Source of the DNA: Patescibacteria group bacterium
GTDB lineage: Bacteria; Patescibacteriota; Microgenomatia; Levybacterales; GWA1-39-11
Assembly: GCA_035549315.1 (NCBI GenBank)
Contig: DASZRC010000026.1
Span: 988-64,987 of the forward strand
Direction: 5' to 3'
DNA length: 64,000 bases
The position numbers were made by a program, and so were the translations under genes. This document shows positions 8,527-17,442 of the stretch, in pieces; the first letter of the stretch is position 1; every line of letters starts with the position of its first letter. The notes beneath the pieces were generated by a model that was given only the letters and a program-made list of their open reading frames with translations, was not told the origin of the DNA and did not search any database.

Positions 8527-10986
8527 ATGACACTTTCAAAATATAACGAAAAAAGGAGATTTAACAAAACTCCGGAACCCGTAGGTAAAGAAAAAAAACA
8601 CAAGGGGAAGCTGGAATTTGTAATTCAAAAGCACCACGCTACGCAACTTCACTATGACTTTAGGTTAGAAGCGGGCGGAGTTCTAAAAAGCTGGGCTGTG
8701 CCAAAAGGACCATCTCTGGATCCTGCTACTAAGCGGTTGGCAATGATGGTTGAAGATCATCCCTATGATTACAGAAATTTTGAAGGGGTAATACCGGAAG
8801 GCAATTATGGCGCGGGTAATGTAATCATTTGGGATCAGGGTACATACGAATCGGTAGTTGATCCTCAAAATTCGGAGAAAGAAATTTTAAAAGAACTTAA
8901 TCAGGGCAGTATTAAATTTAGATTGTTTGGAAAAAAACTCCATGGCTTATGGGCGTTAGTCAAACTAAAAAATGCAGAGGAAAATGCTTGGTTATTAATA
9001 AAAGATAGGGACGAATATGCATCGGATAAGGATATTACGGAAAACGACAAGTCAATTATCTCCGGGGCAAGGGTAGATGAAATAAATAAAAAACAAAACA
9101 AAAATTTTAAGAAAATGTTGGAATCTCTTCCAAAAGAAAAGCCACCGGAATTTATTAAACCAATGCTTGCAACACTAATAGATAAACCATTTGATAATAA
9201 GGATTTTATTTTTGAAATAAAATGGGATGGATATCGGGCAATTGCTGATACTGTTGGTAAAAAAGTAAGACTTTATTCAAGAAATAAAATTTCCTTTAAT
9301 GATCATTATCCAGAGATTGTTGAAGCATTAGGAAATTCAAAAATAAATGCTGTATTGGATGGGGAAATTGTGGTTGTAGATGATAATGGAAAGCCGGATT
9401 TTCAAGCATTACAAAATTACAGAAAAGTAAAAACCGGGAATTTGCTTTATTACGTTTTTGATATTCTTTTTCTTGATGGAAGAAATTTAATGGGCCTTCC
9501 TCTGATAGATAGAAAAAAGATTTTGGAAAAAGTTATTCCGGAAAATAGCCAAATTAAATTGGGAACCCACATCGAAGAAAAAGGCGTAAGGTTTTTTGAA
9601 GCGGCAAAAAAAGAAGGTATAGAGGGTGTGGTTGCAAAACGTGGTGATAGTAGTTATTCCCCCGGAATACGCGGAAACAATTGGTTAAAAATTAAAACTC
9701 ATGCCAGACAAGAAGTTATTATTTGTGGTTTTACAAAACCCAAAGGAGGAAGGAAATATTTTGGGGCGTTAATTCTTGGAGTTTATAAAGATAATGAGCT
9801 TACATATGTTGGCCACACGGGAAGTGGTTTTGATGAGCAAAGCCTAAAGGATATGGATGGCATTTTGCAAAAACTAATCGTTGAAAAATCACCTTTCAAA
9901 AAAGTACCAAAGACTAATACTCCGGCAACTTGGGTTAAGCCAAAGCTTATATGCGAAGTGGAATTTTCTGAATGGACAGAAGGCGGTAATATGAGACAAC
10001 CAATTTTTAAGGGTCTTAGAACAGATAAGGATATAAAAGAAGTTACAACTGAAAAAGCAAAAGAAGAAGAAAAAGTTCTAGAGGATAGTGGGATTGAATT
10101 GTCTAATCCGGACAAGATTTTTTGGCCAAGAGAAAAATATACCAAGGGAGATCTGGCAAATTATTACAAAAGTATTTCAAAATTTATTTTGCCTTATCTT
10201 AAAAATAGACCGGAATCTCTAAAGCGTTACCCTAATGGAATTGAAGGAGATTTTTTCTTCCAGAAAGACTTTACTTATGAGTTGCCAAAGTTTGCGGACT
10301 CTATTAAGATTCATTCCGATAGCGAGGACAAAGAGATAAATTATCTTGTTTGTAACAATGAAGAAACACTTTTGTACATGGTTAACTTAGGCTGTATTGA
10401 TATTAATCCTTGGAATAGCAGAGTGGATAACCTTGAGAAGCCGGACTACCTAATTGTTGATTTGGATCCGGAAGAGATAGGTTTTGATAAAGTTATTGAT
10501 GCAGCGCTTGAGGTGAGAAAAGTTTTGGATGAGCTAGAAGTTAAAAGTTATCCTAAGACTTCGGGTGCAACCGGGATTCATATTTATATACCAACCGGTG
10601 GCGAATACACACATGAACAAGGCAGAAGGCTTTGTGAAGTTATAGTAAATATTGTTAACAGCAGAGTACCGGAGTACACAAGTATTACAAGGAGTCCATC
10701 AAAAAGAAAAGGAAAAGTTTATTTGGATTTTCTTCAAAATAGGGTAGGTCAAACGCTTGCTTCACCATATTCTGTTAGGCCAAGGCCGCATGCTACAGTT
10801 TCAGCGCCTCTTAAATGGAGTGAGGTTAAAAAAGGTTTAACTCCGGATGATTTTACTATTAAAAATATTTTGAAAAGGGTAGAAAAAGAAGGTGATTTAT
10901 TTAAAGAAGTATTAAGTGAAGAGCTAAATATGAAAAAGACGCTAAAAAATCTTGAAGATAAATTTGCAGATATAATTAGCTCCTAA
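8527..10986 (+). CDS. ligD: ATP-dependent DNA ligase LigD, three-domain (phosphoesterase - ligase - polymerase/primase)
   Basis: PE domain: HYDFRLEAGGVLKSWAVPKGPS. Ligase motif I: EIKWDGYR. C-terminal LigD Pol domain: IFWPREKYTKGDLANYY...PNGIEGDFFFQKD. Confidence 0.85.
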   Translation: MTLSKYNEKRRFNKTPEPVGKEKKHKGKLEFVIQKHHATQLHYDFRLEAGGVLKSWAVPKGPSLDPATKRLAMMVEDHPYDYRNFEGVIPEGNYGAGNVIIWDQGTYESVVDPQNSEKEILKELNQGSIKFRLFGKKLHGLWALVKLKNAEENAWLLIKDRDEYASDKDITENDKSIISGARVDEINKKQNKNFKKMLESLPKEKPPEFIKPMLATLIDKPFDNKDFIFEIKWDGYRAIADTVGKKVRLYSRNKISFNDHYPEIVEALGNSKINAVLDGEIVVVDDNGKPDFQALQNYRKVKTGNLLYYVFDILFLDGRNLMGLPLIDRKKILEKVIPENSQIKLGTHIEEKGVRFFEAAKKEGIEGVVAKRGDSSYSPGIRGNNWLKIKTHARQEVIICGFTKPKGGRKYFGALILGVYKDNELTYVGHTGSGFDEQSLKDMDGILQKLIVEKSPFKKVPKTNTPATWVKPKLICEVEFSEWTEGGNMRQPIFKGLRTDKDIKEVTTEKAKEEEKVLEDSGIELSNPDKIFWPREKYTKGDLANYYKSISKFILPYLKNRPESLKRYPNGIEGDFFFQKDFTYELPKFADSIKIHSDSEDKEINYLVCNNEETLLYMVNLGCIDINPWNSRVDNLEKPDYLIVDLDPEEIGFDKVIDAALEVRKVLDELEVKSYPKTSGATGIHIYIPTGGEYTHEQGRRLCEVIVNIVNSRVPEYTSITRSPSKRKGKVYLDFLQNRVGQTLASPYSVRPRPHATVSAPLKWSEVKKGLTPDDFTIKNILKRVEKEGDLFKEVLSEELNMKKTLKNLEDKFADIISS

Positions 10987-11000
10987 CATCCATATCCGGC

Positions 11001-11534
11001 CTAACGGAACAAGGGTAGGTAATAAAGAATAATTCCCAACACACTTGCTGCTGCAAAACTTAGAAATCCATTCAGCTTTATAACTTTGGTTAGAATAACA
11101 CATGTCAAAAATACTATCCAAGGGATTACCCCTGTTAAAACATCCTTACCTATACTTGCAGTTGCAGATAATATTAGTCCAATCGATGCAACAGTGATCC
11201 CTTTGGTTAAGTGGCCAACTACACCAATATCTTTTACTTTTTGATATCCATGCATGGCCGGAATCATAATAACTCCAGGAAGAATAATGGTAATGAGAGC
11301 AAGGATCGCGCCTATAAATCCACCAACAAAAAATCCTATAGCCGAAATATAAAGGTTTACTTGTCCCGGCGTAACACGCCCTATTGCGTATGCATAAAGA
11401 AGTTGATCATTTGCAATGTAGTGTTGGTTTTGAACCAATGACTGGCTAAGTAACGGGAGCATTATTGGTCCATTACCAAATGTGATAATGGTTTGGAATA
11501 ATAAAATTCCAAGAAAGTTAATAAGGGAGATCAT
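11001..11534 (-). CDS. chromate transporter family protein (short-chain CHR, half-size)
   Basis: Multi-TM protein. ANDQLLYAYAIGRVTPGQVNLYISAIGF matches ChrA-half repeats. Confidence 0.65.
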   Translation of the reverse strand: MISLINFLGILLFQTIITFGNGPIMLPLLSQSLVQNQHYIANDQLLYAYAIGRVTPGQVNLYISAIGFFVGGFIGAILALITIILPGVIMIPAMHGYQKVKDIGVVGHLTKGITVASIGLILSATASIGKDVLTGVIPWIVFLTCVILTKVIKLNGFLSFAAASVLGIILYYLPLFR

Positions 11535-12081
11535 GACCCTCCTTTACTTTGGAAAAGATTATTATTCCCAAAATTCCACCGGCAAATAGAACTAAAGCCG
11601 CATTAATGCCTATAAAAAAAGTTGCAACAAACGATGCAGCAGCAAAAGCTATTAATAAAGGTGAGTGCACTACGTCCTTTCCCATATTGAGTGCCGATAT
11701 AAAAATTAACCCTACTGCAGATGGCATAATTGAAATATTAACAAGATCAAAAAGTTTATTCTCTTTAAGAACCGCATACATAGCCGCAAGAATTATCGTT
11801 AGGGTAAAACCAGGTAGGGTTACGCCAAGTAGTGCTACAAATACTCCGGGAATTTTTTTATATTTATAACCAATACCCAAGGCAAGATTGGAAACTCCTC
11901 CAGCAGGGACAATTCTTGCCAGTGCAAAAAGATCCATAAATTCTTTTTTTTCCATAAGCCTATGTTTTCTAACAAGCTCTTCTTCCATGGCAAGGATAAC
12001 GGCAAGCCCACCTCCAAAAGCTAATCCGGCTTTTAGAAAAATCAAAAACAACTTCTTATACGTCATATCATGCTTATTCAT
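11518..12081 (-). CDS. chromate transporter family protein (short-chain CHR, half-size)
   Basis: LKAGLAFGGGLAVILAMEEELVRKHRLMEKKEFMDLFALARIVPAGGVSNLALGIGY matches the ChrA N-terminal repeat. It is paired with the adjacent half-size gene. Confidence 0.7.
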   Translation of the reverse strand: MNKHDMTYKKLFLIFLKAGLAFGGGLAVILAMEEELVRKHRLMEKKEFMDLFALARIVPAGGVSNLALGIGYKYKKIPGVFVALLGVTLPGFTLTIILAAMYAVLKENKLFDLVNISIMPSAVGLIFISALNMGKDVVHSPLLIAFAAASFVATFFIGINAALVLFAGGILGIIIFSKVKEGHDLPY

Positions 12082-12134
12082 AGATAAAAGACCAAACGAA
12101 GAACTTTAAGAGGATCTCTACGGTCGAGTTTTAA

Positions 12135-12767
12135 TTATAACAGATTAATTAACTCGGAAATATTTTTAATTGTCTTAACGTTTCTATTGCTAAACTCTTC
12201 CTTTGGAGTGGTTCTATCCGCCACTCCGTAAAAAGAAATTCCAGCGCCATTTGCTGCAAGGAAATCAGATATGGTATCTCCAACGTACAATACCTCTTCC
12301 TTTTCAATCCCTTTGCTGTTTAATTCTTGAAGTGCAAAGTCAAAAACCTTTGGGTCTGGTTTGTGTGCTCTATTTTCTTCTTCTGTTTGGATTAAAAAAA
12401 ATAAGTCGTTTGAGATCCCTGCTAAATCTAAATCATTTTTTATATAACGTTTAGATTTATTGGTTATCATTCCAAGTATATATTTTTTAGACAATTGATT
12501 AAGTGTGGGAAGAGTATCTTCATAAGCAATTGTTGGGTAGTTCTCCCTTTCAATAACATATCGTTCAAATCCTTCTTCAAGGTCTTTTAGGTCTTTGTAG
12601 AGGATTGGCAAGAGATCTTTTATTGGTTTACCCCAGTGTGGTCTTATATCCTCATCTGTTAGTACGGTATTGTAGAATTTCCTGCCCATATCTTTTAATG
12701 CTTCCTTTTTTGTTTCAAAGGTTTTTATAAGCGTATCGTCAATGTCAAACAGTATGGCTTTTACCAT
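12135..12767 (-). CDS. HAD family hydrolase
   Basis: LFDIDDTL (DxDxT motif I) ... YVGDTISDFLAANGAG (motif IV). Confidence 0.7.
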   Translation of the reverse strand: MVKAILFDIDDTLIKTFETKKEALKDMGRKFYNTVLTDEDIRPHWGKPIKDLLPILYKDLKDLEEGFERYVIERENYPTIAYEDTLPTLNQLSKKYILGMITNKSKRYIKNDLDLAGISNDLFFLIQTEEENRAHKPDPKVFDFALQELNSKGIEKEEVLYVGDTISDFLAANGAGISFYGVADRTTPKEEFSNRNVKTIKNISELINLL

Positions 12768-12798
12768 AGTATATGCTGATTATATACCCAGAGTGTCT

Positions 12799-13725
12799 TT
12801 AATTTGTAAGAGGTTGAATAGAAGATAGTTTATTCTCTCTTTCTATCCTTTGTGTTTTCCAATTATTTTTGCAATCACTGTTGCAAAAAGCAAAACCCGT
12901 TTCATCATCAAGACAATCATGACAACTTATAAAGTGTTTGTGGCAATAATCCAATTCACAATTTACATAATTTTCACTTTTAACTTGGCAGAAGCTGCAT
13001 CTGGCAATAACTTCATGCTCCGGTTTATCAGTGTTAAAACCCAAGGTCATTCTGTTATCAAATACATAAAGTTTACCTTTGAAATATTTGTTGGGGTAGG
13101 TTTCCATAAAAGTTTGGATACCATCTTTTAGTTGGTAAACATCTTTAAAACCATTTTGCAGTAAGAATCCGGAAGCTTTTTCACATCTTACGCCTCCGGT
13201 GCAAACGGTTACAATAGTTTTATCTTTCATATCCAGTAGTTTTTCGGCGACTTTTCCTAATTCAAAAAAATTCTTCATTCCGGACGCAATTGATCCTTCA
13301 AAATGTCCGGATAGGAATTCATAATCATTTCTCATATCAACAATATAGAATTCTTTTTTGTTTTCAAACCAACTATATAACTCTTCAGAGGATATGTATT
13401 TACCTGTAATTTTATTTGGATTGAGGTTCTTAACGCCAGAAGTTACAATCTCCGGTCTGACTCTTACTCGAAGTTTTGGGAAAGCATTTCCTGTACCTTC
13501 GCTTTTTTTGTAAGTAATACCGCTAAGTAGTTTATCTTTATTCATTGAGGAGATATATTTTTCTGTATCCTCAAGTTTTCCCTCAAGGGTTCCGTTTATG
13601 CCTTCATTTGACACAATAATTCGTCCCTTAAGATTTAATTTTTGACAAAGTTCAATTTGAGCTTCTTTTAGCTCTTCGGGATTTGGTAGATCAACATATT
13701 TATAATATAGTAGTATCTGATACAT
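12799..13725 (-). CDS. trhO: rhodanese-domain tRNA uridine(34) hydroxylase TrhO (YceA/UPF0176)
   Basis: MYQILLYYKYVDLPNPEEL...GRIIVSNEGINGT...CTGGVRCEKASGFL has the rhodanese active Cys plus a C-terminal Cys cluster. Start is set at the internal Met of track ORF 12799..13785. Confidence 0.65.
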   Translation of the reverse strand: MYQILLYYKYVDLPNPEELKEAQIELCQKLNLKGRIIVSNEGINGTLEGKLEDTEKYISSMNKDKLLSGITYKKSEGTGNAFPKLRVRVRPEIVTSGVKNLNPNKITGKYISSEELYSWFENKKEFYIVDMRNDYEFLSGHFEGSIASGMKNFFELGKVAEKLLDMKDKTIVTVCTGGVRCEKASGFLLQNGFKDVYQLKDGIQTFMETYPNKYFKGKLYVFDNRMTLGFNTDKPEHEVIARCSFCQVKSENYVNCELDYCHKHFISCHDCLDDETGFAFCNSDCKNNWKTQRIERENKLSSIQPLTN

Positions 13726-13771
13726 ATGGCCTATAAGTATACCAAATTTAAAGCTAAATTTAAAAAATTTG

Positions 13772-13777
13772 TATAAT
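13772..13777 (+). promoter_or_regulatory. TATAAT -10-like box 6 nt upstream of the AlkZ-like ATG (probable leaderless transcript)
   Basis: gtataatgagcacATG. Spacing to the ATG is too short for a 5'UTR or SD. Confidence 0.3.
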
Positions 13778-13783
13778 GAGCAC

Positions 13784-14851
13784 ATGACAATAGATGATTT
13801 AATTAGAGCAAGGTTAACAAATCAGCAATTAACGAACAGGAGTATCAAAAACGTTGCCGATTTGGTTTCTTGGTTTGGAGCGGTTCAGGCTCAGGACTAT
13901 GCTGGTGCAAAATGGGGATTGGGTCAAAGGTTGGGTATTAATGATAAAGAAATAGAAGAAGCATTCAATAGTGGCGAAATTTTAAGGACACATATAATGC
14001 GTCCAACATGGCATTTTGTTTATCGCAATGATATTAAATGGATGCAAAAACTCACCTCACCCCGTGTGAATCAGATAATGTCCTATTATAATAGGTTGCT
14101 CAGCCTCGATAAAACTTTTTTTGACAAAACAAACCGTATTATTTCCAGCTCCCTTAAAGGGGGTAAATTTCTTACTCGTTTAGAGATTGCAAAAATTCTT
14201 GAGGAAAATAATATATCAATAAGAAGTCAAAAACTAGCTCATGTGGTATCTCAAGCTGAGTTAGATGGAATAATTTGCAGCGGTCCAAGAACAGGGAAAC
14301 AGTTTACGTATGCTTTGTTAGCAGAAAGAGCTCCGGAAGCAAAAGATTTAAATAAAAAAGAATCACTTAAGGAACTTGCAGAAAGGTTTTTCCAAAGTCA
14401 CGGTCCTGCAACGGCCAAGGATTTTGTTTGGTGGTCTGGCTTGACCATGGTAGACGCAAAAGAGGCTATTGGTTTAGCAAAGCTAGAGAACGAAGATATT
14501 GGTGGTAAAAAATATTGGTATGTAAAACCTTTAGAAAAAGTAACAAGGAGCAATCTTTTTCTACTACCAAATTATGATGAATATACCATAGCATATAAAG
14601 ACAGAGATGCATTTTTAGCTCCGGAAGTGGTTAGGTATTTTAAAGCCCAAGGGAATGCATCTTTTTGGAATGCTATTATTTTTGACGGGAAGATAATTGG
14701 TATGTGGAAAAGAACAATACAAAAAGATTCAGTCATCATAAGTATAAAATTATTTAATGGTGTTGGTTCTGAAGTTAAAAAGGATTTGGAAAAAGCTTGT
14801 TCAGGATATGGTAGGTTTTGGAATCTTAAACCGGTTATTAATATTCACTGA
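13784..14851 (+). CDS. winged-helix DNA glycosylase, AlkZ/YcaQ-like (crosslink repair)
   Basis: LVSWFGAVQAQDYAGAKWGLGQRL...ILRTHIMRPTWHFV matches the YcaQ/AlkZ family QAQD and (R)xTxH blocks. The track start is TTG at 13769. Confidence 0.55.
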   Translation: MTIDDLIRARLTNQQLTNRSIKNVADLVSWFGAVQAQDYAGAKWGLGQRLGINDKEIEEAFNSGEILRTHIMRPTWHFVYRNDIKWMQKLTSPRVNQIMSYYNRLLSLDKTFFDKTNRIISSSLKGGKFLTRLEIAKILEENNISIRSQKLAHVVSQAELDGIICSGPRTGKQFTYALLAERAPEAKDLNKKESLKELAERFFQSHGPATAKDFVWWSGLTMVDAKEAIGLAKLENEDIGGKKYWYVKPLEKVTRSNLFLLPNYDEYTIAYKDRDAFLAPEVVRYFKAQGNASFWNAIIFDGKIIGMWKRTIQKDSVIISIKLFNGVGSEVKKDLEKACSGYGRFWNLKPVINIH

Positions 14852-15230
14852 TATATAGCTTAGCAAAGTTATCTGCCTCTTCTTCTTGTTTTCTAATTTC
14901 TTCTTTAGTTTGCTTGATGAGAGTTGAATTTCTATGTCCCAAAATTACATGGCCAATTTCATGGGCTATTGTATATCTTATTTGGTAAACATGTTCATTT
15001 AATAAATGGTCACTTAGAAATATTAGGTGTTGGTTTTTTAAATCGTTGCCCGTAAAAGTAAATGCCCAGGCGTCTTCAAATGAGGATACAAACCAGCAGG
15101 TTTTGGTTACTTTATCTATTATATTCTCCGGCATTAATGAAAGGGTTTGGGAGACAAGGTTCTTCATTCTTTTATTTCCTACTAACTTACCTTCAAAAGA
15201 ATAAATAATTTCTTTTATATCGTCTTTCAC
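14838..15230 (-). CDS. ImmA/IrrE-like zinc metallopeptidase domain protein (DUF955)
   Basis: TIAHEIGHVILGH is an HExxH motif. Small size. No adjacent HTH partner was seen. Confidence 0.45.
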   Translation of the reverse strand: MKDDIKEIIYSFEGKLVGNKRMKNLVSQTLSLMPENIIDKVTKTCWFVSSFEDAWAFTFTGNDLKNQHLIFLSDHLLNEHVYQIRYTIAHEIGHVILGHRNSTLIKQTKEEIRKQEEEADNFAKLYISEY

Positions 15231-15270
15231 AAAAAGATTATATCAGTTTTAAAAATGCCCATCTCTTATG

Positions 15271-15276
15271 TATAAT
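15271..15276 (+). promoter_or_regulatory. TG-TATAAT extended -10-like box 10 nt upstream of the first gene of the glycosylation array
   Basis: tcttatgTATAATagttctacttATG. Implies a very short leader or a leaderless transcript. Confidence 0.3.
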
Positions 15277-15286
15277 AGTTCTACTT

Positions 15287-16042
15287 ATGAAAAATTTTTC
15301 CCTCTCAATCGTAATCCCATCCTACAATGAAATGACTAATTTGAGAAAAGGGGTTTTAAACAAAGTGGAGTATTATCTTAAAAAAAATAAGTATAATTTT
15401 GAGGTAATTATTGTTGATGATGGGTCAAATGATGGAAGCCGCGAGTTTGTAAAATCTTTTATAAAGGACAATAAGGGTTTTAAATTAATAGAAAATCCAC
15501 ATACGGGTAAAGCGGGCGCTGTAACGGCGGGGGTTCTGGCAGCCAAGGGTGACTATGTTTTATTTACAGATATGGATCAGGCTGTCCCAATTGATGAGCT
15601 TGAAAAGCTTTTGCCATTTGTGGAGAATGGGTATGATATTGTGATTGGCTCACGTAGTGGTTCAAGACGTGGTGCTCCCTTGACCAGAAGAATAATGTCT
15701 AAAAGCATGATGATTCTTAGGGCCGGACTGGTTGGGCTTTCCGAGATACACGATACCCAATGCGGTTTTAAGCTTTTCAATAAAAAATCGGCGCATGACA
15801 TTTTTGAAAAAATTAAATTTCTACATAAGGGTTATCATTCAATCAAAAATTCTTCAGTGACAGCAGGTTTTGATGTTGAGCTTCTTTACATAGGTAGCAA
15901 AATGGGATACAAGATAAAAGAGGTACCTATAGATTGGTTGTATGTAGAAACAAGAAGAGTAAGCCCTATTAAAGACTCCATAGATGGACTCTTGGATTTA
16001 CTTAGGATTAAAGGCAACATATCAAAGAAGGCTTACGAATAG
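15287..16042 (+). CDS. GT2 polyprenyl-phosphate sugar synthase (DPM1/CsbB/GtrB/ArnC-like)
   Basis: SIVIPSYNE...IIVDDGSNDGS...DYVLFTDMDQ...DIVIGSR, then a C-terminal amphipathic segment. This is the classic Dpm1-like architecture. Confidence 0.75.
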   Translation: MKNFSLSIVIPSYNEMTNLRKGVLNKVEYYLKKNKYNFEVIIVDDGSNDGSREFVKSFIKDNKGFKLIENPHTGKAGAVTAGVLAAKGDYVLFTDMDQAVPIDELEKLLPFVENGYDIVIGSRSGSRRGAPLTRRIMSKSMMILRAGLVGLSEIHDTQCGFKLFNKKSAHDIFEKIKFLHKGYHSIKNSSVTAGFDVELLYIGSKMGYKIKEVPIDWLYVETRRVSPIKDSIDGLLDLLRIKGNISKKAYE

Positions 16043-16044
16043 TT

Positions 16045-17196
16045 ATGAAAAAAATAATAGTTCCCCTGTGGGCAATTGGAGCATTAGCTCTATTTTTATA
16101 CTCTTTTACCCAAATTGATTTATCTTTAACATTTTCAAGAGTTTCTATTTGGCAAGGAATACAAAAAGCATTTCAATACGTTGGATATTTTAATAGACCA
16201 TTATCTACATATCTATTCATTGGTATTGTTTTGTTTTTATTCTTCCTTTATATAACTACCCTTAGATTAGTAAAACAAAATAAGTTAAAAGCAAAAACTG
16301 TTTGGATCATAATAATTGGTCTTTGTTTTGCTCTATTTCTTTCTTATAACGCTTTTTCATACGATATTTTTAATTACATTTTTGATGCAAAGATTTTGGT
16401 CCACTATGGGCAGAGTCCATATCTACATAAGGCTTTGGATTATCCTGGGGATCCAATGCTTTCCTTCATGCGCTGGACACATAGAACTTATCCCTACGGT
16501 CCTTTTTGGCTGGTCTTGACCGTACCACTATATTTCATTGGACTTGGTTACTTTATTATTACGTTTTATCTATTTAAGCTGCTTATGCTGGCAAACTATA
16601 TTGGAAGCGGATTTCTAATTGAAAAAATTGCCAAAAAATTAAATGTAGATCCATTACTTAGCCTGGCAGCATTTGTTCTTAATCCCTTAGTAATAATTGA
16701 ATCTTTGGTATCTGCTCACAATGATATTGTTATGATATTCTTTTCGCTGTTGGGACTTCTTTTCTTCTTGGAAGGAAAATATTTCAAGTCGGCAGTTGGA
16801 ATGATTATTTCTATTGCGATAAAATTTGCAACAGTTCTTATGATTCCTGCATTCTTGGCAAAGATTGTTTTTAAGGTAAAAAATGACACATTTATCTACA
16901 TACTTATAATTGGCATGTCTATAGGAGTGTTTCTTGCTTCTTATAGAACAACTTTTCAACCCTGGTATTTGGTTTTGGTTATTCCATTTGCCTCACTTGC
17001 GATTAAGAAAAAATTTGTAGCAATTCCAACTGTAATTATTTCCATCTTTGCCTTGTTTCAATATGCTCCGTACCTATATTTGGGTAATTGGGATCCTCCG
17101 GTTCCAATATATTTGTCCTATATGCTTTATGGATCAATAATTGCTTCAATAATATTGTTTTTATTCTTTACTTTTGCAAAGAGTAGGAAAAAATAA
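16045..17196 (+). CDS. polytopic membrane protein, GT-C-like (DUF2029/GT87-like?). Paralog of 53112..54242.
   Basis: About 10 TM segments. Shares SYD(I/V)FNY...AK and (V)S(A/G)HNDIVM(I/M)F blocks with the 53112 paralog. Confidence 0.4.
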   Translation: MKKIIVPLWAIGALALFLYSFTQIDLSLTFSRVSIWQGIQKAFQYVGYFNRPLSTYLFIGIVLFLFFLYITTLRLVKQNKLKAKTVWIIIIGLCFALFLSYNAFSYDIFNYIFDAKILVHYGQSPYLHKALDYPGDPMLSFMRWTHRTYPYGPFWLVLTVPLYFIGLGYFIITFYLFKLLMLANYIGSGFLIEKIAKKLNVDPLLSLAAFVLNPLVIIESLVSAHNDIVMIFFSLLGLLFFLEGKYFKSAVGMIISIAIKFATVLMIPAFLAKIVFKVKNDTFIYILIIGMSIGVFLASYRTTFQPWYLVLVIPFASLAIKKKFVAIPTVIISIFALFQYAPYLYLGNWDPPVPIYLSYMLYGSIIASIILFLFFTFAKSRKK

Positions 17197-17277
17197 TCTA
17201 AATACTTTTGTGTTAACAAAAGTATCAAAAATAACTCGCCCATTTTTACTCAAGCTTTTGATATTCATTCGTTCAAC

Positions 17278-17385
17278 GGGGGAATGTTTGCCCCCTCCGC
17301 GATCCAAGTCGATGCTTGGCCGCTGGACCTCCCCCTGTTTCACTCATTCATCTCTCAAGATTTCGTAAAAGGGGCGAGATGGATA
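17278..17385 (+). ncRNA. candidate conserved structured RNA element, copy A (5' leader of the downstream glycosyltransferase gene)
   Basis: GGGGGAATGTTTGCCCCCTCCGCGATCCAAGTCGATGCTTGGCCGCTGGACCTCCCCCTG is about 90% identical to 33782-33840. The differences fall in hairpin loops while the stems (GGGGG/CCCCC; GCGATCCAAG/CTTGGCCGC) are preserved. The downstream shared segment is ATCTCAAGA..AAAAG.GCGA. Confidence 0.4.
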
Positions 17386-17442
17386 TGAATCACTCACACT
17401 GCTTTATTCACAACTAGTTATTGGTTATAATTGATTAGTAAT

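Noticed and set aside
9783-10145. Antisense ORF inside ligD. Similar antisense or overlapping small ORFs occur at 1250-1522, 4048-4242, 16687-16959, 19367-19567, 31259-31516, 39690-39947, 57404-57706 and 62337-62732.
   Set aside because: Each lies within or opposite a strongly supported long CDS and has low-complexity, AT-codon-driven composition. Likely spurious.
11001-12081. Chromate transporter as a frameshifted pseudogene
   Set aside because: Each half is an intact ORF with its own start. Half-size CHR pairs are a known arrangement.
14838-15230. ImmA-like peptidase as part of a toxin-antitoxin or phage-repressor module
   Set aside because: No adjacent XRE/HTH partner gene. The neighbour is a convergent AlkZ-like gene. 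Context is insufficient to call a module.
17278-17337. Whether the conserved element is SRP RNA, tmRNA, RNase P RNA or a tRNA
   Set aside because: No SRP domain IV motif (AGGUCAGGUCCGGAAGGAAGCAGC), no tmRNA tRNA-like ends or tag ORF, no RNase P P4 sequences and no cloverleaf. A 60-nt core is too short for these.
17174-17368. Small ORF (64 aa) containing LPPPRSK, and its counterpart 33750..33953 (67 aa) with the same peptide
   Set aside because: The shared peptide comes from translating the conserved nucleotide element CCCCCTCCGCGATCCAAG. Outside that 60-nt core the two ORFs share no protein similarity and the frames drift. I interpret this as an RNA/DNA element, not a CDS.
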